From Iphione sp. A-MEVVRFRX5 (Eukaryota): DNA of 64,000 nucleotides. Below, piece after piece: positions 13,990 to 27,217 of the stretch; position 1 is the first letter of the stretch; every line of letters begins with the position of its first letter. The notes beneath the pieces were generated by a model, which had not been told where the DNA came from, did not search any database, and worked only from the letters and a program-made list of their open reading frames with translations. The stretch is from assembly GCA_976226885.1 (NCBI GenBank), contig OZ320314.1, forward strand, positions 44,020,001 to 44,084,000, in the 5' to 3' direction. Position numbers and translations under genes: made by a program.

Positions 13990-14470
13990 GTCAGAGACAG
14001 CGTGATCTTTACGTGTGGTACCTCACCCATAAGTTTGGTCACTCCTAGATTTAATCATATATATGTAGTGACTATTGTGGTGGGTTGTGTTGTTATTAAA
14101 CTGTCTCCCTTAGAGACGATGTGATCTTTTAATATATGTGGCGCCTCAGCGGTATGGCGGGCACTTACCTCCAAGGTCCCAAGAGATGTCACCCATAGAT
14201 TAGGTATACATGTATATCTAGTGATGTATCAGATGGGTGTTGTTATTGTTAGTGTTCCTTTCGGATACGGTGTGATCTCTGTATGTGATGCCCGGCCATT
14301 AGGCAGCACGTCCTGCCGAGGTGTCCAAGAGTTTGGTCACCCATAGTTTAGTGATGCATCTTATCACTGTTCAGATGGGTGGTATCGTTGTCACTTTCAG
14401 AAATGTGATCTGTCTTTGTGATGCCTCAGCCAAAAGGCAGCACCCTCCTCTAAGGTCTCAAAGAGTTTGG
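13990..14470. repeat. Degenerate tandem repeat, roughly 3-4 units of about 130-150 bp
   Basis: Recurrent blocks gtgatct..tgtg.tgcctcagc, ccaagagtttggtcacccatag, gatgggtg.tgttatt. Confidence 0.55.
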
Positions 14471-15619
14471 CTATTTTTATTCATTATATATCTATTGACT
14501 TGTAGCACACGATAGTGTTGGGGTTACCCTTCTCGATTTTGTGAGTCTGAACTACACCGATGAATATCTTTGACGCACTGTTCATTTGGCACAGGTTTGT
14601 CGTGGTATATTCAGTGTTCATGCACCTCTCTATGGAGGTTGAGATATAGAAACTCCCCTGAATCGATCGAGAGTCGCACAGCCTGGTATCATTTAAGAAA
14701 TGGCTCTAGTTTTATAACTGTTGAAAGATCTATATATATATATACTCCATTTTTATAAACCATAGGTATCATAAGTGTAACTGCCGAAAGGAAAAACAGC
14801 AATCTGGTATAGAGCTAATGTACTCAGTACAGCAGTAACAACTCTCCAGAATAGGTTAGTCTCGTGTCGGTTTCAAAAATGTTTTAGTGATTTTATTCTT
14901 TCTGTAAGGAAACAGTGGATACAGAACGTCAATCTCGCATATACATTTATTGTTATTGAGGGATTGTTGAGTGACAGCAAAGATTGCGATACCCCATGCT
15001 GGAGTGGTGGTCGCATCAGGTTATTGCAATGGACGTGCCACATATACAATGAAACAGATGGTTGCAGTCAGGATAATTACATAGACAGACTAACATCATA
15101 GACTGTTAGTCAACATAATCAGCGTTAGTAACAAATACAAAAGGGCAGGCGTGTACAGTCAGAACAAATCTAGATAATCACAGTTTTATGTACTTCCGTT
15201 CAAAAATCGAGTATATTTACATATAGAGGATTATTTCTGTACAGAAAAGATCATTAGTTACGTTGGAATTTGTTTGGAACGTGATTCATTTCGGATGCGA
15301 ATCGTGCAGAAAACGGGTGCGGACTGCATTTCAGTCTCACAGTTGCAGATGTAACTTTGGTGGCTAAGCCAAGATTCAGTTGTCGCTTGATCGAATGAAT
15401 TTCAAATAGTTGGTGCCATGTAAATTGTAAATTCTGAATCTCCCCAGCGATCTAATAATGAGCCGTTTATTAGAACCCTGTGTATGAACTGTCTTGATGT
15501 GTTCTCTTTCATTAACGTTGTAATGGGTAGTAGAAGTAACGGGGACAAGTGCGTCACATCAGTTTACTGAAGGGTGGAAAACGCACGCAACTACAGTATT
15601 TGTTTGTATTCCTCTACAG

Positions 15620-15840
15620 CAGGGATTCTTAACCTTTTTTGTGGCAACCGAAAGTTTGTGTTTCCAGTAGCTCAGTGACCCTACACTTGAATTGTATTGC
15701 AGCTGAGTTGGCAAGTGAAATATGATTGTGAATTTGCACTTATTTTGTACATTTAAATTTAAATTTTATATTTCTCTCAGAACTCAGTCCCAATGACATG
15801 ATGACACAATCTCCAAGAACCCATGGGTCGAGAACCCCTG
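15620..15840. mobile_element. hAT-type MITE (221 bp)
   Basis: TIRs CAGGGATTCTTAACC / reverse complement CAGGGGTTCTCGACC; 8-bp TSD CTCTACAG (15612-15619) vs CTGTACAG (15841-15848). Confidence 0.8.
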
Positions 15841-16622
15841 CTGTACAGCTTGGTTTCTGGTAGATGCTGATGTGAGTCGTGAAAGAAAACACGGCCTACA
15901 TTTGCTTTTTCCAAATAGGTTGTAAGCCCTCTTGGTTCTACTGTGGTTCAATATACTAGTCAAACTGTCGTAAGTATTTCAGTGTTTTGAATGAAACGTA
16001 CACATCTGCATTTGTGTGAAGTTTTTTTTTTTTTCAAACGAATTGGCATCATTTGATTAGGGGGAATAAATAGGAGTACCTTTGCATAGGTTTGTACTTT
16101 CCATATACAAAAATAAGGGGACCAACTCATAAATTAGCTATACCAGAGTGTTCAGAAAGATACATGTATTTGAAATGTAAATGATTCAGGAAAGTTTACT
16201 ATGGATGAAATATCATCAAAATTATATCGCTGTAAACAGATTAATGTCACACTGAAATTCGGAAAACAGGTCGTATGTCTATGGCGAATTGCATCCTGAG
16301 AAAGCCCAGTCATTCTGTGCATCTATGTCTCTCGCCTCCTGGCCCTCTTCATCTGTTATTGTCAGTGTATCATAACACCATTGTGTTTCTATCAGATATT
16401 TTAATGCACCGTATTTATTAGTGTTGTTGAAGTGAGCGTATTTGCTGCTTTTCCAGTTCGTCTGAGTCTGAAAATGAATGACACATGGAAGCAGCGACAG
16501 TGATTTATATTTAACATTGAAGCAGCCAGTAACATGTAAATGCTTAACATTTTTGAAAGTGAGAAATAAACACTGTGAATCAGGCTGTGATTCTTTTTTG
16601 CACTGAACATGATTAGTAAGTA

Positions 16623-17561
16623 CCGTCGGCCCGCCCCAACCGGACCCCGCGTGTCCGGAATATCACCATAACCGGACGGTATTCGAATAACCAAATGTTT
16701 TTCTCTAAAAATTATACTATTTAACCGGACCCTGCTTTTCCGTATTCGGACAAAATCTAGCTGCATTTTAGAGCATTTAACATAGAGAATTGACCCCAGC
16801 ATCCGGACAAGGGAGAACAAAGGAAGCCTCAATCGTTAGAGCATGTTTAGACACCCCAAAGCGACAATTACATAAGGGTTACAAGCAGGCCACACCCTCC
16901 TAAACGTCAAGACAACACAGCACAGAGTGACTATCAGAGGTTCAAAGTCAAATACAGACGTGCGAAATGATTATATAAGAGTGACGCGTGGGTGGTGACC
17001 TCCTAAAGGAAGAGACAACAGAGTGCAGAGAACAAAGAAATGGTAGTTTCTCTCTGAAATTTGCCATTTTTTGTCACTTTCTCCTTGAAATTTGCCGTTT
17101 TTTGACACTTTCTCCATGAAAGATACCTCAATCTCCATGAATTTTGCCGTTTTTTGTCACTTTCTCCCTGAAATTTGCCGTTTTTTGTCACTTTCTTCAT
17201 GGAATATGCCTCAATCTCCATGAATATCGATTATGCTTCCATACTTTACTATTATGACAGTTTTCCCCACCAGGAGGTGCATGGTGCTTGGGTCGCCTCA
17301 ATCTCCATGAATATCGATTATGCTCCCATACTTTACTATTATGACAGTTTTCCCCACCAGGAGGTGCATGGGAAGCCTTTAAAATCAATATAGATCCATA
17401 AACAATAATCTGTTTCAGTATTGATAATGCTCCCATACTTTACTATTATGACAGTTTTCCCCACCAGGAGACGCATGGTGCTGGGGTCGCCACTCCGGAC
17501 CCCCTCCCATCCGGACAATTTTTCGCATTCCGGTACCCCTCCGGTTAGGGGGGGCCGACGG
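16623..17561 (+). mobile_element. Non-autonomous Tigger/pogo derivative (939 bp) with internal tandem repeats
   Basis: TA TSD at 16621-22 and 17562-63; TIR CCGTCGGCCC(G/C)CCC(C/T)AACCGGA; both ends homologous to the ends of the 21995-24560 element; about 30-bp (17050-17200) and about 85-bp (17220-17480) internal tandem units. Confidence 0.8.
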
Positions 17562-17564
17562 TAT

Positions 17565-17830
17565 CTACAAGTTAAAACCAAGTTGCTCCTATATAAAATG
17601 TTGATACTCCCACTCATAGACTATCTAGACGTCATCTAGTCAGTTCTACCGCAGATAACTATAGAGCATATTTCGAGACTACAGAACAGAGGTCTGAAAC
17701 ATGCATTGGAATTACATGGTATGAAACCAACATTCACTGTGCATCAGTCTTGCTCAGTGATGACAGTCAGAGAATGAAAAAGCTTACACCTGCTATTACA
17801 AACATACGAAGCCTCACTACAGGTCCACCC
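17565..17830 (+). mobile_element. LINE (CR1/L2-group) RT C-terminal fragment
   Basis: VKTKLLLYKMLILPLIDYLDVI*S..ISRLQNRGLK, typical post-RT region of L2/CR1-group LINEs. Confidence 0.65.
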
Positions 17831-18383
17831 ATCTTTCATTTAGAAACACTTCAACATGAGAACAAATGCAATTGTGCTACGGGACAATGACATAGACAAA
17901 TCGCTTACATCACCTCATCTAAACAATATACATGTACATACATGTATCTCTGTACACATCAAAGAATCAAGACATAGAACGCATCTAATCAAACAGCAAT
18001 TGAATATGACACATTACATGTCCTGAACACCTTAAAAAAAAGGCATCACACAACAATGGAACACCAACACACTTAATCTCAAACATATATGAAAAGAATG
18101 CTTTGTTACTATAAATGAATGCGATGAAATTTAGGTAATTCATGCTTTAGAAATTGTCAAGCTCATAATTAAATAATCTACCGCTTCAAACTTAATATTT
18201 ACTTGCATAGTAATGTTAAGAAATCAATATTTTTACTTAATATACCTAATGAGAAGGTATATATTTACCTTTGTTGTTAACTTGCTGTTATTTTGCTGTC
18301 CTTTATACCAGTTTAAGTCCATTTTTCATAATTTGTTAGTGCATTGTTCAGTTTTCTGAGTTCAAGCCAAGGTTTGTTCTAAT

Positions 18384-18900
18384 TTAGTAGATCTGTTCTT
18401 GAAAAGAATCGGCTGTTTTCTTTTCATAAACTCTGCCATCCAATGTCCAGGAGAAATGCAGTTCTCCATTGTTCATCTTCTGTCTTGATCCAAATAAAGA
18501 CTCTCTAGCTTCCTCTATAAAGTCCTCATTGATGTAGACTCTCTTTGCTACTTGCCCAAACATTGTCCTCTTCTTGTAGATATTTGTTTTGGTGCTCTTC
18601 TTTGTAAACGATACATAAATTGTTCTGCTATGACTGTTTCCTTGTTCTCTCCTACCTACTCTGCACAACTCATCAATCATTGCTGGTTCAATGATAGGCC
18701 TTACATCCATCTGCTCGAACAGTTTCAAGATCTTATTCCAATTGCTGTCTCTACCTACTTCTTCAATTCCTATTATCCTCAATCCTCTAAATTTCTGCTT
18801 GCTTTCACAGTTATCCAGTCAAAGTGTGTTGTAGCCTTGGCTACTTGGGAGTGTCATCCTCTGTGGTAATGTCTCCATCGTTATTGGCAGGATTCCGCAC
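18384..18900 (-). mobile_element. LINE ORF1 fragment (CR1/L2-type RRM/L1-like ORF1)
   Basis: LRIIGIEE..RVGRR..RTIYVSF..VYINEDF..SWTLDGRVYEK; two 48-bp direct repeats at about 19100-19200 may be its 5' UTR. Confidence 0.7.
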
Positions 18901-21329
18901 CTTCCCTTCCCTTAATTCCACTTGAACTATTTGTCCTTTGGTAAAACAATTAAAGGATCCAGTTGAAGTACTAGTTGATGTACGTGCTTTATGCAAGCTG
19001 GCAGCTGAGTCTAGTGATAATGTTGGTTCTTCACTTATTTCATTATTTCATGACTTTAGGTGCTCCCACTTTATCACTGCAGATTCAAAATGGCCATCCA
19101 ATTTAGCTGTTATCCGGTCAAGATCCTTAGAGCAATCTAACTGACTAATTAAGCTGTTATCCGGTCGATATCCTCAGAACAATCTAACTGACTAATTAAC
19201 TTGCTATAAAATACCCTACACCTATTCTATATTACTTCTTGAAGATCTTGGAGTACTAAATATGCTCTGCTTGATGGTTAAATGTAAAAGTAATCCATAG
19301 GCGACACAGAGGGATGTGGAGTCAGTCTGTTCCCATGCGCCACTTAGCGGTGTATGAAACTCCCCTCCAACCAGCACCACCTTGTAGCAGTCTGATCAAG
19401 GGAGGTGCAATCAAGCATGAAATTGTCACTTAGGTGGGGGACAATAGAGCTTGTAGGACCACACTCTTCCTATACTATCTTTAACCAGGTACTACTGTGA
19501 ACACTCATTGTAGCGGACATAGTAGTTACTTTGCTCAAAGCGTCCGGGGTGTCTCCTGTAGCTGATCTACCTCTTCTCCTTCTCTCTGACCAAAGTTTAG
19601 ACAGTGGGCGAGGGGGTCAAACCTGGAAATGATATCCCCTTCTCCCTCTCTTTTTTTGTAGTGAATATCACTGTCACTACTGGAACGTGGGAGGACATCT
19701 GAGAGGCAATGCAAAAACACCTCTGTTAACACCTTAAACAATGAATATCTCTTCAATACCTTGTTGCACCAACACCTGTGGATGCCCTTCAAAGAAGTGT
19801 CTTGCCACTCTAAACCCTTCCGAAATAGGCATTTGGGACTGAAGAATGAGCGTCCACAGGCAAGTGTCTACTGTGTGTAAGTGTCCAGAGTGGCTCGGCA
19901 TTGTTAAATACGGTACAGTGAAGTCTTAATTTCCGACCATATCGATTTTCGACCTTTCTGCCTATTACGACCACCTGAAGTGGAACTCAAAGTAATTATT
20001 TCTATGGTTAACAATAATCAATTTACGACCAAACTTGGTATTACGAATATTTTCGGCCGGTATATGGTGTTTTCGTTTGGGACTGGACTCGATGCGTCCA
20101 TAAAAGGAGTTATCGACAGTGGCCAGGTGGCCATAGACAGAAGCTTCCCTCTAGATATTCAGCTACTTTTTTTAGCTGTTCTTCTATACTACCATCTATC
20201 ATTGAGAATTGAGAGACTAGAATACCTCGGGTTGGCCTTTACTCATATTTTGAACAGGCTTCTGTGGTCTTTTTATGCATGGGGACAGAATCCTATATGC
20301 CCATGGCCTTTGTTACAAGTTGTGGACCGTTCTGAAGAATATGAAGAATTTTGACCAATTTGCAGGTTTTTTGCTGAATTTCCATGGATATAATATTTTT
20401 TATTGAATTTACTAAAACATGTGCTGTGAGAACATGTATCTAAAAAAATTGAGCCTTGGAAACTCTTTGATGCCAAAAGCTTTTTAGGTAGGGTGAGGTT
20501 TTACTAGGTAGGGGTGCGTTACCAGAAACACACCTATTTGTTTTTAGCCTAATGTATCACTGCCACTCTTTCCACTAGACAGAATGGTGCTATTGTACTA
20601 ATGCCTGTGACACCATACAGTTAGTGATGTTAATGAGTTCATAACGGTGGCACCACAGAATCATCTACTTCAGAGTACATGTAATACCAAATATGGGCGA
20701 ATAAGGTCAATAGGTGCATCCATGGCACCGAGGATCATCTATTTCCAAATGAGGGCCAATAATGTCACTAGCCCTTTCCTGATCGACAATGCAAAATCGA
20801 TCACTGGTGATCAATTTTTTAGAAAAGGATCTGTCCTATTTATTAATATCTATATTCAGCTTTGTCTTTCTGCAGTAATGAAAGGAGAAAATGGTGAAAA
20901 AACATAGTGTAACAAATTTTGATATAAGCATATACATGTAGTTACCATGAAAAAACAGTCATGTGACCTGTAAGAATCTCCAAAATTAGCATATTTACAG
21001 ATGTATATAGATGGATAAATACAAATATGTCATTAAAACTTTGAATAACTGATGATTTAATGTTATATTCACAAATTATTCTCATAAAACGCAAGAATGT
21101 GTATCCCTTTAGCTTATCAGAAGTTTTTGATGAATCATTAGTTGGAATTATACTTGATATAAAGCATATATAATGACCTATAATCATTACATAAAAAATG
21201 CCTTTTGTTCAATTCTGCCATAAAAATGATGAGGAAATTGAAAGTTTCTTTTGTTATGAGTTATATGGTCTACTGCTAAGTGCAGAAAAAAGTGGATCCT
21301 GCATAATCAACTATAAGAAGCATACTTAT

Positions 21330-21940
21330 CTTCCAATATCAGTTGCAAACATAGAGCTGAACAGGCACACTAACCTAAAAATTCTAGGGTACACTCTAGA
21401 TGAAAGGTTGACATGGGCGAAGAGTATACAAGACACCTCAAGGAAGATTTGGCATAGTATTTATCCACTATTAAGGTTAAAAAGGTACTTTCCCATTGAA
21501 GTGCGTAGTAAACTGTTCAAAGGTTATGTTTACCCACACATTGATTATCTAGCCTAGTTTGTATGTGGGGCCAATAGAAAATTTATACAGAAACTGCAGA
21601 AAACGTATAAACATTGTATAAAATATTTATTTACTTGCAAAAAGAAGGATCAAAGCAATGATTGGTAATGATGAACTTGGATTCTCTACAAAATCGTATA
21701 TGTGAATCCACATTTTGACTTATACATTATCTCCACCTAAAAAACAAATAACATTACAAGAACAAAACTGTAACACGTACAGGTATAGGTCATCAAGTAA
21801 AATTGTTCAGGACTAAGCACAAACTTATCAGAAAATCATTGTTTGAAGTAGGATCATCATGGTGGAATAAGCTTCCATTGTCATTGAGATTGCAAAAAGA
21901 TGTAAGGTCTTTCCTAAATGGTGTAGCAAAGCTGCGATAA
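21330..21940 (+). mobile_element. LINE (CR1/L2-group) RT 3' fragment
   Basis: LKILGYTLDERLTW..LLRLKRYFPIEVRSKLFKGYVYPHIDY..W-like..QKLQK. Confidence 0.75.
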
Positions 21941-21994
21941 ATATCTGCATTTGAAACTGTAATATAGAAACCTACATGTATATGAAACGATGTA

Positions 21995-24560
21995 CAGGTG
22001 CCCCCCCCCCACCAGACTCGCTGTATCAGGAATATCGTCATAACCAGACCAATTTTAAATAACCAAGCATTTTTCTGTATAAAAGGCAGTATTTAACCAG
22101 AATCCCATATCCGTTTCCGGAGGCCATCTTAATGCATTTTATGCATTTTAAAGGCAATTAATATAAAAAATTAGTTCAATTAACCAGACTAATGTTGTCT
22201 TAAGCTGATAAGGTGTCCACACGACACCATACAAAGGGGATACTGGTCTGTTTGAAGAATGGGGCGTCAGTCGCTCGGCCAACACAGGACATCCGTTGAT
22301 GCACAGAGTGACTCTGACAACAAAGGGTTTATTGTCTGGGACCTCTTAAGCCTGATCACACATATGTGAGAGGAGGCGTTAAGAGAACAAAGAATTTCCT
22401 GCAGCAGGCCCTGAGGTCCCCCTGGGGTATTGTCTACATCTAGTCGATACATGTCGGCTGGGTCGTCCTCCTGGATGGGGAAATCGGCTTAAAAGGAGGA
22501 GGGCTGGATGGTCTGTATTCATTCCTCCAGGAACCTTGAACATGGCACAATCACCCACCAAGCATCTTCTAATCTGCATTATCAATGCCCAGAAGAAGGA
22601 GCTCTGTCTGTACAAGACTGAACACCCAGGGATGTCTCAAGCCGACATAATAATCAAATTCTCATCAAAATGGGGAATTGCAGTCCCACGCTCCACCATC
22701 TCAGATATTTTGAAGAAATTGTCACAGTGGATCAGCATGTCGACAGACGAGGGAAGTCTTTGTTGCCAACGTTGTCCTCTCCAGTCCAAGTTTGAGCAAG
22801 CCCTTCTCATCTGGTTTGCCCATATGTGTTCCAGAAGCGCCATACTGAGAGACGACATTATGATCAAAAAGGCTCAGCAGCTTGGTGAGCAGATGGGCAT
22901 CATGGCCTTCCAATACAGCAAGGGTTGGCTTGGGTGCTTCAAGACCAGGAACAACATCTGATGCCATGAGCAGCATGGTGAGTCGGTGTCAGCCAATATG
23001 ACCGTTGTCGAGCAAGGGCACTCCTCTCTCCAGGAGGAACTCCTGGGTTTTGATCCTGATGACATCTAAAATATCGATGAGACAGGATTTTTCTATTGAT
23101 TAAAGCTGACATCCACCTTGTTGACTGGTCCTGTGAAGGATGAAAAGAGGAATTAAGAATGAATTACAGTCGTCTTGCCATGTAATTCGACAGGCTTGGA
23201 CAAGTTGAGGCCCTTGGTTATAGGCAAATCCGCTAAGCCAAGGTGTTTCTCCAAGGGGTTCGACCCCAGGATGTACATACACTATCGGCACAATAAAAAA
23301 GCGTGGATGACGTTTAAGGTCTGGCTGGACTATCTCCAGCTGCTGAACGACCGGGCGAAGGGTCAGAGGCATAGGTATCTGCTCCTGGTTGATAATGCTG
23401 GACCCCACAAGACAACTGAAAAATTCTCCCATCTCACCATCAAGTTCCTCCCCCCCAAAACTACAGCCCATATCCAGCCCTTGGATGCTGGAATTATCTC
23501 ATCTTTCAAGGCCCAGTACAGAAAGAGGCTTGTGGAGCACTTCTTGGTATGTGTGGAAAGGGATGAACCCATGGTGACTGACATCAGGAAAGCTATCCTG
23601 ATGCTCCATGAAGCCTGGGCATCAGTCACATCCACCACCATCAAGAAGTGCTGGGACCATGTCAAGATTCTCCCCGGCTCCACCACTACTACCAGCACCA
23701 CCTCAAATGAAGATCCATCAGATGATGAGGAAGATCTCTCATTGTCAGAATTACAAGCTCTCCTACAGTCCATGCCCAGTGAAGATGGGCACATGCTGAT
23801 GACTGCCCAGGAATACTCCAAGGTTAATGAAGAAGCTGAGACAAATGGGGAGTTGACAGATGATGCCCTCCTCAGTCTTGTCAATCAGCCACAGGTGACT
23901 GAGTCACAATCAGAGGTCACTGAGGATGAGACTGAGGATGTCCCCCCACCACCACTCACTTTTAAAGAAGTAGCTAAGTCAGTGGACACACTAGTGAGAT
24001 TGTGTGAAGAGCGCCAGAATATAGCTGGTGTTCAATTCCTCAGGGGACTCCTTTAGGATGCACAGAAAACACAGAAGAGTGCAAGACAGACACTCATCAA
24101 GGACTTTTTTAAGGTGTAAATGAACTGAAATGATTTCCCAATGAGTGGCATGAAATTTACTTATGAATTTATTTTTTTTCACAATTTCTTACTTTTTGTT
24201 ATTTACTGTGTATGTACATAAAAACAGCCACTGAAGACAATAAATTAACTTATTCCTAACTGAATTTGAATGTCTCTTCATTTTTCTGAATGTCATGAAA
24301 ATGAATGTAATTCACACATTTCACCCATATTTTACTATTATGACAGTTTTCCCCACCAGGAGATGCATGGGAAGCCTTTAAAATCAATATAGATTGATAA
24401 CCAATAATCTGATTCAGTATTGATTATGCTCCCATACATTACTATTATGACAGTTTTCCCCACCAGGAGATGCATGGTGCGCTTTTCCCCACTCCAGAAT
24501 CTTCATCATCGGCACAAATTTTCGCATTCCGGGACCCCTCCAGAAGGCAAGTCCCATCTG
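21995..24560 (+). mobile_element. Older Tigger/pogo transposon with inactivated transposase
   Basis: TA at 21993-94 and 24561-62, degenerate CAG(G/A)TG ends; one reading frame 22536-24120 with HTH (VPRSTISDILK, EQALLIWF), NIDETG, LLVDNAGPH, QPLDAG, interrupted by about six stops. Confidence 0.88.
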
Positions 24561-24859
24561 TATAAAACTAACACTTACTCACAGATATACTAGTGATGTG
24601 GTATCTACTGATTACCAGAAGAAGTTGTCACCTATGTCATGCTACATGGTTAGTTGTAGTTTAAAAAATTGGATTTTGGTATGAAACAAACATCTGCAGG
24701 GCCAAAGGTTGAATAGACATTTTTAAAGCCATATAAGAATCTGACCGTACTTCATATTCGTATTGAACAATAATAATGTCTGTATCAAAGAGCTCCAAAA
24801 AGGAGATGACATTTTCAACAATAAACTTCATATTATTATTTAACTAGTATCCTCTAATC

Positions 24860-25413
24860 TGTAGCACAAAAACAACACCACAAGTCAGGTTCGATGTCAG
24901 CCTTTTATTCTTCAGCTTCATAGCACAGGTACAATAGTCATCAGCAGCAACCCGGACGAGTCCAACTAACTCCTCAGACCGCCAACCTTATATACCGGAC
25001 GAGCCGGATACGGTCATCCGTCAAATGTCAAACACAGAGAGTTTTACTCTCTGACGTCAATAGCACCTCGTATCCAGGGTAGCAGCAAAGCATTACCTTA
25101 CATGCTATCTTGTTGTTGTGCCTGGACACCGTGTGAACAATCGTTACTTTAACGACAAGGCTCTGGTTACTGATAAGCGAAGAATTGCGAAGTAGGCGAA
25201 AGACAGACTACATCCTGTGTAGTACAAGCAAAAATTTTCTCAGTAGATATTAACACACTTCGCACAAGGCTTTACTTGTTATTCGTCTATCTTTACACTG
25301 TACAGACATTGTATTTTATTTCACAATATACATTCCGCAGAATACAATGTAACTCCCTTTTAACTTTATTCACTTAATAAGGATCACACAGACGTTCTAT
25401 AAACTGTGTTACA
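24860..25413 (-). repeat. 3' LTR (554 bp)
   Basis: Direct repeat of 38078-38653; TG..CA ends; minus-strand AATAAA (about 24903) and TATATAA (about 24990). Confidence 0.95.
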
Positions 25414-25427
25414 TCCCTCCCCTCCTT
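25414..25427 (-). promoter_or_regulatory. Polypurine tract
   Basis: Minus strand AAGGAGGGGAGGGA abutting the 3' LTR. Confidence 0.9.
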
Positions 25428-26575
25428 AGGAAACAATGCACAGCATTGTTGAGCCGCTTGTCTGGGCTACCCAAGCAAAATCCATAAGTACATCCCAATA
25501 CGAGGGTTCTTATCATACTGAAAAGATATTCAGTATGACAAGTTCAACAGGAATATACCAATACCTTGACATCACCACTAGTACTACCAACCACCATCTT
25601 CAAGGCACCGTCGGATATAGAAAAACCCGTTCCTGGCACATTGAAATATATAACTGTGGTTAACGACTCTGAGGACAAGACAATCCTCCATCCGATCAGG
25701 GGGAATCAGACCAGAGTGATCAGGCAAACGCGGAAATTTGCCTTTCCTTCACGAAGGGTTTAACACCTTTGTGGATAAGTGCCTGTATTCTCATCCCGCT
25801 CCCCGTTACAAGCAGTATTTTACAGCATTCCCTTAGGATCAGCTTTCTTATGAACTTATTCGGCCATCAACAGCTCTCCAGTGGACTCTAGAACTGAGGG
25901 ACTCAGGTGGTCCTATTACTATGGCTTTATGGCTACACGTGCCAGGGCTGCCAGTTCACTTAACCTCAAGGGACGACCGTTAAACCAGGGAGACGGATCT
26001 CTCTGGATGGCCGAGACTCCACCCTCTAGGTCAACGAGCACACACCAGACTTCCGGGTTCCTTAAGAAGAAAATTTGTCTTTTTTTTTTCATAATTTCTT
26101 TTGTTGAACAAGGGAAAGAAAAAGAAGAAGAAAAAGAAGGATCCATGACAAATTTCATGAGGTGCCTTCCCAAGCAAAAGAGAGATTTGCTCGTGGAGGG
26201 TCACCCCACGGCCCGAGGGCTACCATGAGGACACTTCCTTGAACGAATATTTACAACCGAAGATTCCTCATGGACACCACTCGCGCCAGAGTCTGAAGCA
26301 GTCATGGTGGGTCGTGAACCGCAGCTAGACACTCACTCTTTCCAGCTGATTACAAATACTATTTACATTTTATTGAGGTACCCGTAGTTGAACTTGATGG
26401 ATTACACACATTTACATAAACAACATATAACAGTATGCATACATTATTTGTACCGTTCCAATTCCTGCAGGTTGTACATCAATTACACAGCACATATATA
26501 TATGCGTTTCCTATCACAGTGTGAGCAAGAGTTCCTATCTCTTCTGCCAAGACTGTGATCGATAATATTCCTCCC

Positions 26576-27215
26576 TTACCGGAACACAGAAAAAGGGCAC
26601 TCAGCAGGAGCGTACAGCTCAGTAGGGACTTTTGAGTTAGTAGGGCGATATATCTCAAATTCTTTGGGACCTTGCTTAAACTTCATCGCACACTCAGGCA
26701 CATTGCGCGCGGGTTCGGGGGCACTGGGCGGAGGCAGGGCCCGAAGGGAGAGAGTCTCCCCGGCACTAGCCACTGACGGGTCAGGGGAATGAGTTCCGTT
26801 TCCCAGATTGATGGTAACTGGGGAGGACCCTTGGGATCCCACGTCTTCGTTGGATCTACAGCTATTTGTGGATCAACTGGGCATAAACCTCCTCCAGCGC
26901 CCCTTGCTACACAAGCAACAGTAGCAATATCCGCACACTGTGAGGGCCGAACTCAGCCCTCCAATAACCCACATTATGGTTGACAAAGGAGAAGTACCTG
27001 GCATCAACGGGTTACGAGCAACTTTATCATGGAGTGTATTGATTCGTTGGACTATTCCCTCAATATCAGTCTCAGAGAAATCCGGTAATGGTTGTAATGG
27101 TCCAGTCCGATTTGGAGTAGGAGTTAGCTCCGCTGACCAGACCAACAATTCAGTCACTAACAATTTAGCCGGAAGTTCAATAGGGTCTCGTTCTACTTCG
27201 TATTCATTACACTGA
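26576..27215 (-). pseudogene. env: env, C-terminal segment (membrane-proximal region, TM, Cys-rich and Pro-rich cytoplasmic tail)
   Basis: Continues the 29504-30333 frame across the Tigger TSD (..TYYY-QCNEYEVERDPIELP..); TM STIMWVIGGLSSALTVCGYCYCCLC then KGRWRR; TGA at 26873-75 followed by about 99 more in-frame codons to 26576. Confidence 0.8.
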
Positions 27216-27217
27216 TA

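Noticed and set aside
17050-17480. Repeats with spacing reminiscent of a CRISPR array
   Set aside because: Whole units repeat (no unique spacers), they lie inside a Tigger derivative, there are no cas genes and the genome is eukaryotic.
19300-20540. Short ORFs and possible MITE ends
   Set aside because: Could not pair TIRs or TSDs or recognise protein motifs with confidence.
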